Source: Lepidodermella squamata
Lineage: Eukaryota > Animalia > Gastrotricha
Direction: 5' to 3'
NCBI GenBank assembly: GCA_047495785.1
Contig: JBLDXI010000054.1
Location: 682,001-746,000, forward strand
Length of the DNA: 64,000 bases
Shown: piece by piece, positions 34,453 through 44,918 of the stretch
Position numbering within the stretch: position 1 is the stretch's first letter
Layout: the number at the start of each line of letters is the position of its first letter
Program-made: the position numbers and the translations under genes
The notes under the pieces: model-generated
What the model was told of the DNA's origin: nothing
Database searches by the model: none
The model's input: only the letters and a program-made list of their open reading frames with translations

Positions 34453-36783
34453 TCACTTTTTTACAAATAACGGCAGAATCCACGTTGCTGAATTCGAAGA
34501 AGAAAGGACAATAATACAAAAAGCGATTGCGATTTGCTGCTCGATTAGGCTGTCCGTAAGAATCAAAGCCATTAGCGTTGCCCCTAAGAACAAAGAGATA
34601 GCATTCACAATAGCCACATACATGTGATTCAGCTCATTGAGAGCCACACTTCGAATGTGATTCAGCTGATACGCCGCAAAAGCTCCAATCATTAGGACTA
34701 GAATAAGGAAACAGCCGATTGCGAGGGCGAAACCGGTGAGATTAGACGTGATGCACTTGACAGACCACGTTTCAACAATAGTGTCCCGATCTTCAAAGTA
34801 AACAGGATCCCCTAGCATGTTAGTTCTGCACGTTGTATCCTGGCTGGAAAACCACGCGGTAAGAACTGCCGCGATCACTAAAGTAATAAGGAGGGTCATT
34901 TTAACCGAGTTTTTGTCAATTTCATTCCACGTTTTTGTTGGCAATGGAAGTGGCTGTTTACCATTCAAATGCTTCATTGGATCTACTGAAGCAGCTCGAG
35001 ATGCAGAATTATCTGAAGCGACTGATCCGCCTTTGCTGGATTTCGTTATTTTGGACCGAATACTTTGAGCTGACTTCAAAGAACGCGAAGACAGCGATCG
35101 TAAAGCTCGGAATAAAGCGATGATACGAAAGGAAACTGTCCCGAAAAGAATTGTCCCTCCTAAAGCCAATAACATGACCGAGAAAACTTGAAGTTGGGGG
35201 TTATCGATAGTTCGGTCAACTGCAAATAAAAGACATGACATGTTCAGGATCACACATCCTATTAATCCAATCATTTTCGTTAGCAAATTGAAAGTCACAT
35301 CCCGCTTCATTAGCAAAGCTCCCATCGCCAAGACTTGAACAACCGTTACCAAGCTAACCAGAACAATGATCGCAGTCAATACCCCGAGTGGCACTTTTTT
35401 GTCGACCTTCACAAGAATCGGCTGGTCAATGGGAGGCTTTCCAGCCACCCAAAAAATCGGCTTTATGATTCGCAGGCTGTAGCCGCTGTACGAGAACAAA
35501 TCTTTGTCGTCGTTCGAAATTTGCTTAAGGAGTGCCACGTTTTGCATACCAGTTTCAGGGCTCCATTGCGCCACGGCTTGAATATCCCCCTGAATTTGCC
35601 CCTTGGGCGAGTAGAACAGCGTACCAACACGAATTCCAGTCGCCCTCGTAGCCAGGACAGATTCATTCGCAATTCGAGCGACAATCTCAGGCTGAGTTTT
35701 ATAGTCTGAGAGGGTCAAGTTGAATTCAGCCTTCAGACGGGTCTCAGTGTTATTCAGGATCAAAGCAGCCCTCATCATCGAGTCGTACGAGTTGTACGAA
35801 ACAAGAAACGGGTCCATAGTCGATGTGTTGAACGCATTCAACACTTCCTTCTCGAAATCACCAGCCGTCATTCCTAGATCCGAGACTGTGGTGTAGTTAT
35901 CTGGCCGATTCGTATTGCCGAAGAAAACCGTCTGCCGCCATTGCGTTATCAATTGTTCCGGGGTACATCCTGGAACCTGGGCTGGGGAAAAGCCGAACAG
36001 GAGATTGATAAAGACATAACGAGATCCCGTCATGCCCTGCTTATAGGCTTCACACAAGAATTTCGCGATGAGAGGGGGTGATCCACTAGCTAGGGCTATG
36101 ATTCTCAACCCACTTGATTTTAAAGAGTAGATAAGCTCAGTATCTATGTCTGTCACAAAATTGAACCAGGGAATCACAGAACCAGCAGCTACAGCTCGAT
36201 CGTGGAGAAAATAGGCCACCCCCAAGTCGGCTAAACTAGCTGGGTTCGAGAGAATAGCATACCTTGTCCATTTCCCAACTTCCCGCATGAAGTGAAGCAT
36301 TGAAAGAGCGGCTGTTCTACCTGTAGTAAGGGACAAATAGAGATTAGGAAAAGGCCGTTCAGCCAAAAAGGGTCCAGTGCAAAATGCGGATAGGCTGATT
36401 GTGTTGACGTAGCCTAAAGACGGACCAGCGGCCTTGCAGCCTGTTGAACTGTCCGGCCCGATCACGATAGGAGATTGCGGTGGCATTGTATCGTTGCCTT
36501 CAGCTTGGCGACGGTTTTCCATAAGGACCCAAGCCGATCTCTGCCCGCCAACTTCATCACCGATGATCAGATCGATTTTGTAGTCTGGTAAGATGTCTCG
36601 CCTCGCATTGACCTGATCTACGGCGAACCTTGAGGCGAATTTCATTACATCGCCTTGTTTCGGGTCGTTGCCAGTGATTTGAAGCAAGCGAAGCAGTTGA
36701 ATGGTTTTAGGCTTCTGCCAGCTTTGGCTGACCGAGGTTTCAAAAGTTAAAACCGCAATCAGCAGCGATAATATGACCTTCAT
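34453..36783 (-). CDS. Intronless GABA-B-like class C GPCR, copy 5 (convergent with copy 4)
   Basis: 776-aa ORF with the same motifs; 7TM region very similar to copy 4. Confidence 0.85.
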   Translation of the reverse strand: MKVILSLLIAVLTFETSVSQSWQKPKTIQLLRLLQITGNDPKQGDVMKFASRFAVDQVNARRDILPDYKIDLIIGDEVGGQRSAWVLMENRRQAEGNDTMPPQSPIVIGPDSSTGCKAAGPSLGYVNTISLSAFCTGPFLAERPFPNLYLSLTTGRTAALSMLHFMREVGKWTRYAILSNPASLADLGVAYFLHDRAVAAGSVIPWFNFVTDIDTELIYSLKSSGLRIIALASGSPPLIAKFLCEAYKQGMTGSRYVFINLLFGFSPAQVPGCTPEQLITQWRQTVFFGNTNRPDNYTTVSDLGMTAGDFEKEVLNAFNTSTMDPFLVSYNSYDSMMRAALILNNTETRLKAEFNLTLSDYKTQPEIVARIANESVLATRATGIRVGTLFYSPKGQIQGDIQAVAQWSPETGMQNVALLKQISNDDKDLFSYSGYSLRIIKPIFWVAGKPPIDQPILVKVDKKVPLGVLTAIIVLVSLVTVVQVLAMGALLMKRDVTFNLLTKMIGLIGCVILNMSCLLFAVDRTIDNPQLQVFSVMLLALGGTILFGTVSFRIIALFRALRSLSSRSLKSAQSIRSKITKSSKGGSVASDNSASRAASVDPMKHLNGKQPLPLPTKTWNEIDKNSVKMTLLITLVIAAVLTAWFSSQDTTCRTNMLGDPVYFEDRDTIVETWSVKCITSNLTGFALAIGCFLILVLMIGAFAAYQLNHIRSVALNELNHMYVAIVNAISLFLGATLMALILTDSLIEQQIAIAFCIIVLSSSNSATWILPLFVKK

Positions 36784-37810
36784 TCCTCGAATAAAAAGCT
36801 GCGAATGCTGAAGGTAATCGCTATCTCCTGTGATTTAGCATTTGATTGATGATGATGCACATAATGCAGACTAAACTTCCGGCATAGAAGACTATACGGA
36901 AGTAATGAAACGGAAATTCACTCGTGATAGAAAGCAAAAAAGTTAGTTGTTACTTCGATTGTTTTGAAATAGTCCAGCGATAGATTATGATTCGGTGCAA
37001 CAAGAAGTTCAAATCGCACTTAATGTTTATATTCATTTCAAAATGAACCCTGTCATCATTCAAGAGTCTGATGAAAATCAATAAAATGCGTCTTCAAATT
37101 TTGTCCTTGAGTAAATTGTCAATGCGTTACAAGACATTAATAGTGCAAATTCGCTTGCGCCTTCGTTGTCTTCTGCGATTTCAAAATTTCTTGATTGCAA
37201 TGGATAGGGCGTTCTTTACGTTTGCGAGCCGCTCTCTGAGTAGTTTAAAGGGTGTGCTAGATTAATGTTGAGTTCGTTCATAATTTCCCGCTATGATCTA
37301 GCTAATTAAGCTTGAGTGGCCATCACAGAAAAGTTTTAATAAAATTCTAACCGGCGACATGTTTGCTATTCTGGGATATGCCTTAGAATTCTATTTTGTT
37401 ACATGTCCAACTACAAATTTAACATTTGTTATTTGTTGTGATTTTTCTTGAGGCGTCTGCCGATAACAGACGTGCTCATCCCATCAACATTGGGACTTGA
37501 ACAGTCACTTACCAAAATATATATAAATTACTCTGCCTTTGGAGATTTAGCAGACGTAGTGCGTGGTAGAGTTGTAGGTGGTGTATGCACTCTTGCAATG
37601 AAAAGTGCATTAAAACGGCAGCTAGGGAATTCAGTGCACTGGAAAACCGGCGAAAAATCACAACAGGCCTGAATTAGAAATCAGGACTGACTCTCTGATT
37701 CATGAGTTTTCTCGAATAACTCGGATTTTCAGCTCCTGAATGTTTACTTTTATCATATTTCATTCAGCAAATGTAATGGAAAAATATAAATATTTGGTTA
37801 TTAACGTAAA

Positions 37811-39430
37811 CTAGGAGATGATGATGCAATAAGCGTAAAGGTTTGTTGCTAAGAATAAAGCTATTGACAGCAGAAGAGCAGACAGATCCATAGCTCTCAC
37901 CAGCTCGATTCCTTGCGCGAATAAGGGTTCAGTAACCACCTGCGAAGCTATTTCATCGTCGTGAGCCCACGCTAACACAAACCCGTCGTAAATCGTTATC
38001 AACGCCGTAATGCAACTCAGCAGGAAGATGTACTGCCCTAGAAGAATCAGCTCGGATGTTTTTGGGACACTTGCGGCCGCATTGGACTGGGCGACCGTTA
38101 AAGAGAGCAGGACAGTTGCGCTGAAAACCGTTCGATTTGGGTCATCAGGGGCAGAATGAAAGAGGCGTAGACGAGAGCCATTAAAATGAGGCATGGCGGC
38201 AACAGATTTAAAAGGTAGTATGCCGGATTTCGATCTAATCTACGCTTGATGGCGAAGTAGCTTGATGACTTGTTTGCTCTCATTTCGTTTTCAGTGAGTC
38301 CAAGCTCTGACTTGGCAGAGGAAACCCGCCACATATCGCTCCTTAGCTTATCACGGCCGTTCAAGATAACGCCGGCAAATTTTTGAAATTCAGGAGCCTC
38401 CTCGATCATGAAGACGAGGTGGCACGTCTGAAGTGCTGAAGTGGATGATGGTTGGTTGGTTATCTCGCTCGCTACAGGATTCTCTCCAGAACCTATCCAA
38501 GGCTTTGAAGTTGTATCAATGGGCGCGATCGAGCTGGTTTTAGAAGTTTCTGAATAAGCCTGAATAAGTCTGAATATTCTGATGCTTTAAATGTAGAAGA
38601 ATCAAATATTATGGATATTGGCGAGGAAGTAGGTGATAATGAAGATGACAAAGTGTAACATTCAGGGCCACATCCCACTTTGAATAGGTAGAACTTGTTT
38701 AGCAAAACGTCGCCATCAGCACACCCAAGGGCTGTGATGCTAACCTTTACGTTCTCGTTTGCGATCAAAGCGAGCAAGCCTGGGACGTTGCTAAAACAAG
38801 TTCCTGGAGCATTTACGCCACTTGGAGAAATTGCAGCCTGGAAAGGCAAACTATGAAAGGATTGGACCTTCTCAGAAAGGAATATTTCTTACCGAGATCG
38901 TATCATTGTAAAATCGCACTACCATTCGACCCAGGTTTTATTCGTTGAAACCGATGTTGCAGCCCGAGACTTGATTTCCTGTGAAATAATGTCATAAGGA
39001 TCTTCTGTTTTTTTTTAATTTTACTCACCGAATCCAACAGTTGTCGAAGACAGAAATACGCCGAGCCAAGCGTTGGTTGCTAATGTATCGTAATTAGACA
39101 CAGCATCATATTCAATTCGAAACTCGGACGCGTCAGCTGGGATAACTTGATTGAAACTAAGAGATCCCGAGCAGTAGAGAAGACTTCCAAGATTCAACCC
39201 ACCCTCAGCAAGACGCATAGCCGTCAACTGATATCCAGAGCCTAAATTTAGTCCAACACCTGCGGAAGTCGTGATTCCGCCTGTATTAGCTGTCACGCTT
39301 GAGTTGACATAATCGAATGATAGCCCTGAAACGTATGAAGCGTTGTAGAACAACGGGAGGCTCATCAAATTGGTATTCGGAGCTGGATCAGAAGTAGCAT
39401 CAAAAGTTGGGATGAAGCAATTAGGGCGAG
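37811..39430 (-). pseudogene. Pseudogene of the lectin-stalk-Cys-loop channel gene
   Basis: Colinear fragments of 49520-52275 with the same intron positions. Most of the stalk and ligand-binding domain is deleted (junction about 38430), exon 2 is partly deleted, and there is a frameshift near the M1-M2 linker (about 38150). 5' boundary approximate. Confidence 0.85.
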
Positions 39431-40160
39431 CAGATTAAGTAGCTTCTCAACGATCTCTGGTATAGTTGTTCGTTGATTTACAAAGACCGAATGCTCATAT
39501 TTATTAGCTGTCGCAGAATGAATTCGTCCGAATCCTCACTTTTTAAGTAGGCTATAACATTTTGAATTAATTATGCATGAAACAAATGATTGGATGGTGG
39601 GTGCGCCTGCCGGCGTTTTCAATTAATTTGACATCATTGAAATTTTCTATGAAACTGCCTCAAAATCACAGGAGTTGAGTGCTACATACTGGGACATACA
39701 AATAGCACCAATCATTGCTGAGCTCCATTTTCATTTATAATGAATAATTATGATACATGTCTCCCGCGGAGTTTCAGCCGATATGAATCCCTCCTAGACT
39801 TCAAACAAAAAAATAAATTCGCAATTATTAATGTGTCAAAAAATTCGTATGTGAAGCCGAGGGATTACTAATTGGCAAATTGGAGCATGAATTATACTTT
39901 TCAGTTCTCGGGTGCGCATTGGTCCAGTTTAACACTTAGCTGTTTCTTCCAATGTTTTCCTGAATATTTCCGAAGCGCTACGTTGGCACGATGGTGCTAT
40001 CCGAAGGCAGCAATTGCAGCTATACTTCTTCTCCCAGCGGCTGTCCAGCTGCGTATCTCTCGGGGGGCGTGGTATGGCTGTCAGCATGGACGAGGTTTCA
40101 GGAGCGAAAACAATGCAGAACACGAGCTCAAAAGCCGCCACAACGGCCAACACGATAAAT

Positions 40161-40523
40161 CGTCGCGTTGCGTTTTAAAGGGGCCGCAAAGTTTTTATTG
40201 TTGTTGCAATATAATAGGAGAACCAAATAGGGCCCAAATTTTACATCATTATACTCCTCTGGAGATAATCTATTCAATACTGCAGGTGGTATAAACATTA
40301 TTACTTTCGTGGCCATTCAAACCTTGATTTTATTCAAATGGTGTTTCTTATATATTATCGCAGCCAAGTGACATTATTTCTATTATTACTTCTCTCAAAA
40401 ATCGTTGAGCCTAATGGGAATCAGCCAATAAAATGCCGTTTTTATTGATATCATGGCTCTCGCTCAGCTGATCATTTTGAATAGATCATTTCGAGAGCGG
40501 CCCCTTTCAAACGCAACGCGACG
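40161..40523. mobile_element. MITE with about 26-bp TIRs and 4-bp AAAT TSD (Sola1-like target); second copy at 42433-42795
   Basis: CGTCGCGTTGCGTTTTAAGGGGCCGC ... GCGGCCCCTTTCAAACGCAACGCGACG, flanked by AAAT on both sides. The empty site is visible in the intact GLUT gene at about 45080-45090. Confidence 0.8.
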
Positions 40524-40655
40524 AAATGATAAGGGGCCGATAGAGGCTTGCGTTGCCGAGAACAGAAAGCTGCAGGCAATCGAAACGCTCACGCCAAGGT
40601 TCGCTAGACCTGCCATGTCACTTGAGAGGCCGACTGAATTCAAAACATTTGTCGC

Positions 40656-40826
40656 TCCTTGTGATAATTTCAGTATGTGCCCGTCCGGTGTTATGAGTGG
40701 CGCACTGTCCCGGACAAGCGCCTTTTCGTGATGTGCCTGCGCCTTTTTTCTTACCTTCCAAATTGTATATTTTCGTTCGTTTTATCTGGAAAAAAGGACA
40801 AAATAAAAAGCTTTTCGTTTCGTTTC
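40656..40826 (+). mobile_element. Short retroposed insertion (SINE or 5'-truncated LINE end); second copy at 42928-43097
   Basis: 7-bp TSD TTGTCGC (single copy in the intact gene at about 45539-45545). Ends with AATAAA followed by a (TTTCG)n tail. Confidence 0.65.
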
Positions 40827-41071
40827 TTGTCGCGAAGAAATACACAGCCGACATCCCGGTGAGCTAACTCTTGTCACTACAACTAGAACGAGCGGCAACC
40901 AGACAGCTCGGTTTCTGACGATAGATGCCATCGAAACCAGTTCAACGCTAGCTTTTATATGCACCTGATTCCAGTCTGATGGGAAGTCGAGGTTGACCTG
41001 TCGTCGGTTGGCATCATGAATTTATTAAATTTCAATTGAAAAATCACGATCGCTAAAAATAACTAGCTTCC

Positions 41072-41162
41072 AGAGTATAAAATCAAAGTATGGAAACTCT
41101 AGAAATCACGCTCTAGAAATCACGGTGATTTCTAGAGTTTCCATACTTTGATTTTATACTCT
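41072..41162. repeat. Perfect 38-bp inverted repeat with 15-nt spacer; second copy at 43343-43433
   Basis: AGAGTATAAAATCAAAGTATGGAAACTCTAGAAATCAC and its exact reverse complement; the spacer repeats CTCTAGAAATCAC. Confidence 0.9.
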
Positions 41163-41410
41163 TTAAATGAACAATTAAACTATAAAAATAACTCAAATAA
41201 TCCTTTGGGAATGATTCCTGCTGAGAGTTCAGGGCTGATCACCCGGGCTGGCGGCTTTCAGCAACGTTTTCGTGTTCGACTAGAATTTTTCCGTCCCACA
41301 ACGAATCCAGTATCTTCTTTTTCTCCTCAAGACGCTTGAATGCATCATTTACCTCTTCAAGGCCGATATCAAGATTTTTCAAGGCATCAGTGATGCGATT
41401 GCGGCCGGCA

Positions 41411-41702
41411 GGGATAACTTGATTGAAACTAAGAGATCCCGAGCAGTAGAGAAGACTTCCAAGATTCAACCCACCCTCAGCAAGACGCATAGCCGTCAAC
41501 TGATATCCAGAGCCTAAATTTAGTCCAACACCTGCGGAAGTCGTGATTCCGCCTGTATTAGCTGTCACGCTTGAGTTGACATAATCGAATGATAGCCCTG
41601 AAACGTATGAAGCGTTGTAGAACAACGGGAGGCTCATCAAATTGGTATTCGGAGCTGGATCAGAAGTAGCATCAAAAGTTGGGATGAAGCAATTAGGGCG
41701 AG
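41411..41702 (-). pseudogene. Duplicated 5' fragment of the lectin-channel pseudogene
   Basis: Part of the tandem duplication; truncated at NQVIPA by the junction. Confidence 0.8.
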
Positions 41703-42311
41703 CAGATTAAGTAGCTTCTCAACGATCTCTGGTATAGTTGTTCGTTGATTTACAAAGACCGAATGCTCATATTTATTAGCTGTCGCAGAATGAATTCGTC
41801 CGAATCCTCACTTTTTAAGTAGGCTATAACATTTTGAATTAATTATGCATGAAACAAATGATTGGATGGTGGGTGCGCCTGCCGGCGTTTTCAATTAATT
41901 TGACATCATTGAAATTTTCTATGAAACTGCCTCAAAATCACAGGAGTTGAGTGCTACATACTGGGACATACAAATAGCACCAATCATTGCTGAGCTCCAT
42001 TTTCATTTATAATGAATAATTATGATACATGTCTCCCGCGGAGTTTCAGCCGATATGAATCCCTCCTAGACTTCAAACAAAAAAATAAATTCGCAATTAT
42101 TAATGTGTCAAAAAATTCGTATGTGAAGCCGAGGGATTACTAATTGGCAAATTGGAGCATGAATTATACTTTTCAGTTCTCGGGTGCGCATTGGTCCAGT
42201 TTAACACTTAGCTGTTTCTTCCAATGTTTTCCTGAATATTTCCGAAGCGCTACGTTGGCACGATGGTGCTATCCGAAGGCAGCAATTGCAGCTATACTTC
42301 TTCTCCCAGCG

Positions 42312-43223
42312 GCTGTCCAGCTGCGTATCTCTCGGGGGGCGTGGTATGGCTGTCAGCATGGACGAGGTTTCAGGAGCGAAAACAATGCAGAACACGAGCT
42401 CAAAAGCCGCCACAACGGCCAACACGATAAATCGTCGCGTTGCGTTTTAAAGGGGCCGCAAAGTTTTTATTGTTGTTGCAATATAATAGGAGAACCAAAT
42501 AGGGCCCAAATTTTACATCATTATACTCCTCTGGAGATAATCTATTCAATACTGCAGGTGGTATAAACATTATTACTTTCGTGGCCATTCAAACCTTGAT
42601 TTTATTCAAATGGTGTTTCTTATATATTATCGCAGCCAAGTGACATTATTTCTATTATTACTTCTCTCAAAAATCGTTGAGCCTAATGGGAATCAGCCAA
42701 TAAAATGCCGTTTTTATTGATATCATGGCTCTCGCTCAGCTGATCATTTTGAATAGATCATTTCGAGAGCGGCCCCTTTCAAACGCAACGCGACGAAATG
42801 ATAAGGGGCCGATAGAGGCTTGCGTTGCCGAGAACAGAAAGCTGCAGGCAATCGAAACGCTCACGCCAAGGTTCGCTAGACCTGCCATGTCACTTGAGAG
42901 GCCGACTGAATTCAAAACATTTGTCGCTCCTTGTGATAATTTCAGTATGTGCCCGTCCGGTGTTATGAGTGGCGCACTGTCCCGGACAAGCGCCTTTTCG
43001 TGATGTGCCTGCGCCTTTTTTCTTACCTTCCAAATTGTATATTTTCGTTCGTTTTATCTGGAAAAAGGACAAAATAAAAAGCTTTTCGTTTCGTTTCTTG
43101 TCGCGAAGAAATACACAGCCGACATCCCGGTGAGCTAACTCTTGTCACTACAACTAGAACGAGCGGCAACCAGACAGCTCGGTTTCTGACGATAGATGCC
43201 ATCGAAACCAGTTCAACGCTAGC
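42312..43223 (-). pseudogene. Second copy of the GLUT pseudogene fragments
   Basis: Duplicate of 40040-40952. Confidence 0.85.
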
Positions 43224-44918
43224 TTTTATATGCACCTGATTCCAGTCTGATGGGAAGTCGAGGTTGACCTGTCGTCGGTTGGCATCATGAATTTATTAAA
43301 TTTCAATTGAAAAATCACGATCGCTAAAAATAACTAGCTTCCAGAGTATAAAATCAAAGTATGGAAACTCTAGAAATCACGCTCTAGAAATCACGGTGAT
43401 TTCTAGAGTTTCCATACTTTGATTTTATACTCTTTAAATGAACAATTAAACTATAAAAATAACTCAAATAATCCTTTGGGAATGATTCCTGCTGAGAGTT
43501 CAGGGCTGATCACCCGGGCTGGCGGCTTTCAGCAACGTTTTCGTGTTCGACTAGAATTTTTCCGTCCCACAACGAATCCAGTATCTTCTTTTTCTCCTCA
43601 AGACGCTTGAATGCATCATTTACCTCTTCAAGGCCGATATCAAGATTTTTCAAGGCATCAGTGATGCGATTGCGGCCGGCAGGGCACCTCTTCGCGTCCG
43701 GGGAGCTTTTCTCGAATGATGGCTGGAATGCGGCCGTAACCCCGTTTCCTCCGATAATGACGCAAAATCAGCCTATTTTAGACTATTTTCAGCCCAAATT
43801 TCTGTAAAATACCGTTAGCAAAGCTCACTTCGCTCGCATCTATAATTAACCTCTGGTTTGCTGGGACCAATGCATCGATTTTGAGCATTTTCCTCATATT
43901 TGTTCAAGTAGGAAACAGAAAGGCCATAAAAATGTATGTGAATTAAAGTCAAGATCCCTGTGGGGTTATCTGAGTGTCACAACTTTGGCCCGTTTAAGTT
44001 TTACCGCGTAGGATTGCTTAGGAACTACCGCTGAAGGAATCGCTTGCCTTCTCTTGACTCAAGTTGTGGGGAATCATTCGGCTTAGGTATTTGAAGTTTG
44101 TTTTCAAGGCTTGTGGAATTGCTATAAAAATTTCAATTACCTGTGGAATTTTCAAAAGCTCCTGTTAATCGAACCCGCCACATCGGCTACGTGCAAGCAA
44201 TAGAACTTTCGAGAAAGAATATTTGTCAAGAAAAAATTGCTTGAAGTTAAACGAGAATTTGCGGCCGATGAATGATCATGTTGGTACGGCGATGAAAAAC
44301 GTTTTCGATTTCGGCTCTGGTTTGCGGCCACTAAACGTTTAAGGTTTAGTACCGTTTATGAGGTTGCAGGGTTGTCTACGAGTCGAAAAATCGATCCATG
44401 ACCAGGCTCACCAGCAAATATTATCTCCAAACCCGGCCTGAAGACAACTCTGCGAGGCCCATCGTGAAAATATGGCTTGATAAATCGGTCGCAATGAAAA
44501 TTTCTGATTTTTTCTTACGAGCAGCTAAAAACTGATCAAGTTAGAAGTGGAAAATGATCACTTGAACTCATCTCGACCAGGCGTAAAACGACGAGCTCGT
44601 TCAAAGTGGACAGGTCGCTATCATCAATCGCGTGTCGTCTGGCCAAAGTTCAAGTCCAAAAATAGTCCAACATTTATTCTTTGAACGCCATCTAAAGACG
44701 ACTGGGTATTTTCGAAGTCGTCATCAGCTTAAGGCGATTTTACCGAATGAAGCTGGCTTCATCTGGCGAAAAAGACTAGGCGCCGGTTTCAAATTGCTCA
44801 TCATTAGCCGTGACCTACTTTTTACCACCAGCTTCATTTTATTGCTAAGATCCTATAAAAATAGGTCAACATGGATTTTCGAGATAAAAACGCTCGATTT
44901 TGGACTAACTCGACTTAT

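Larger units (their letters stand above)
40040..40952 (-). pseudogene. 3' fragments of a GLUT/SLC2A pseudogene, interrupted by two insertions and a deletion
   Basis: Segments VAAFELVFCIVFAPETSS and ASVELVSMASIVRNRAVWLPLVLVVVTRVS match the 44919-46919 gene. Confidence 0.85.
39139..43681. repeat. Tandem duplication, units 39139-41410 (2272 bp) and 41411-43681 (2271 bp)
   Basis: Identical ORFs at offsets 2272 and 2271. The only difference noticed is one A in a homopolymer (about 40790 vs 43062). GGG microhomology at the junctions. Confidence 0.95.

Noticed and set aside
41239-41640. 133-aa ORF joining the lectin N-terminus to a novel charged tail
   Set aside because: Created by the tandem-duplication junction in a pseudogene that lacks an intact signal peptide and ATG start.
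39872-43003. Repeated plus-strand ORFs (140 aa and 92 aa)
   Set aside because: Antisense readings of GLUT pseudogene fragments and the MITE.
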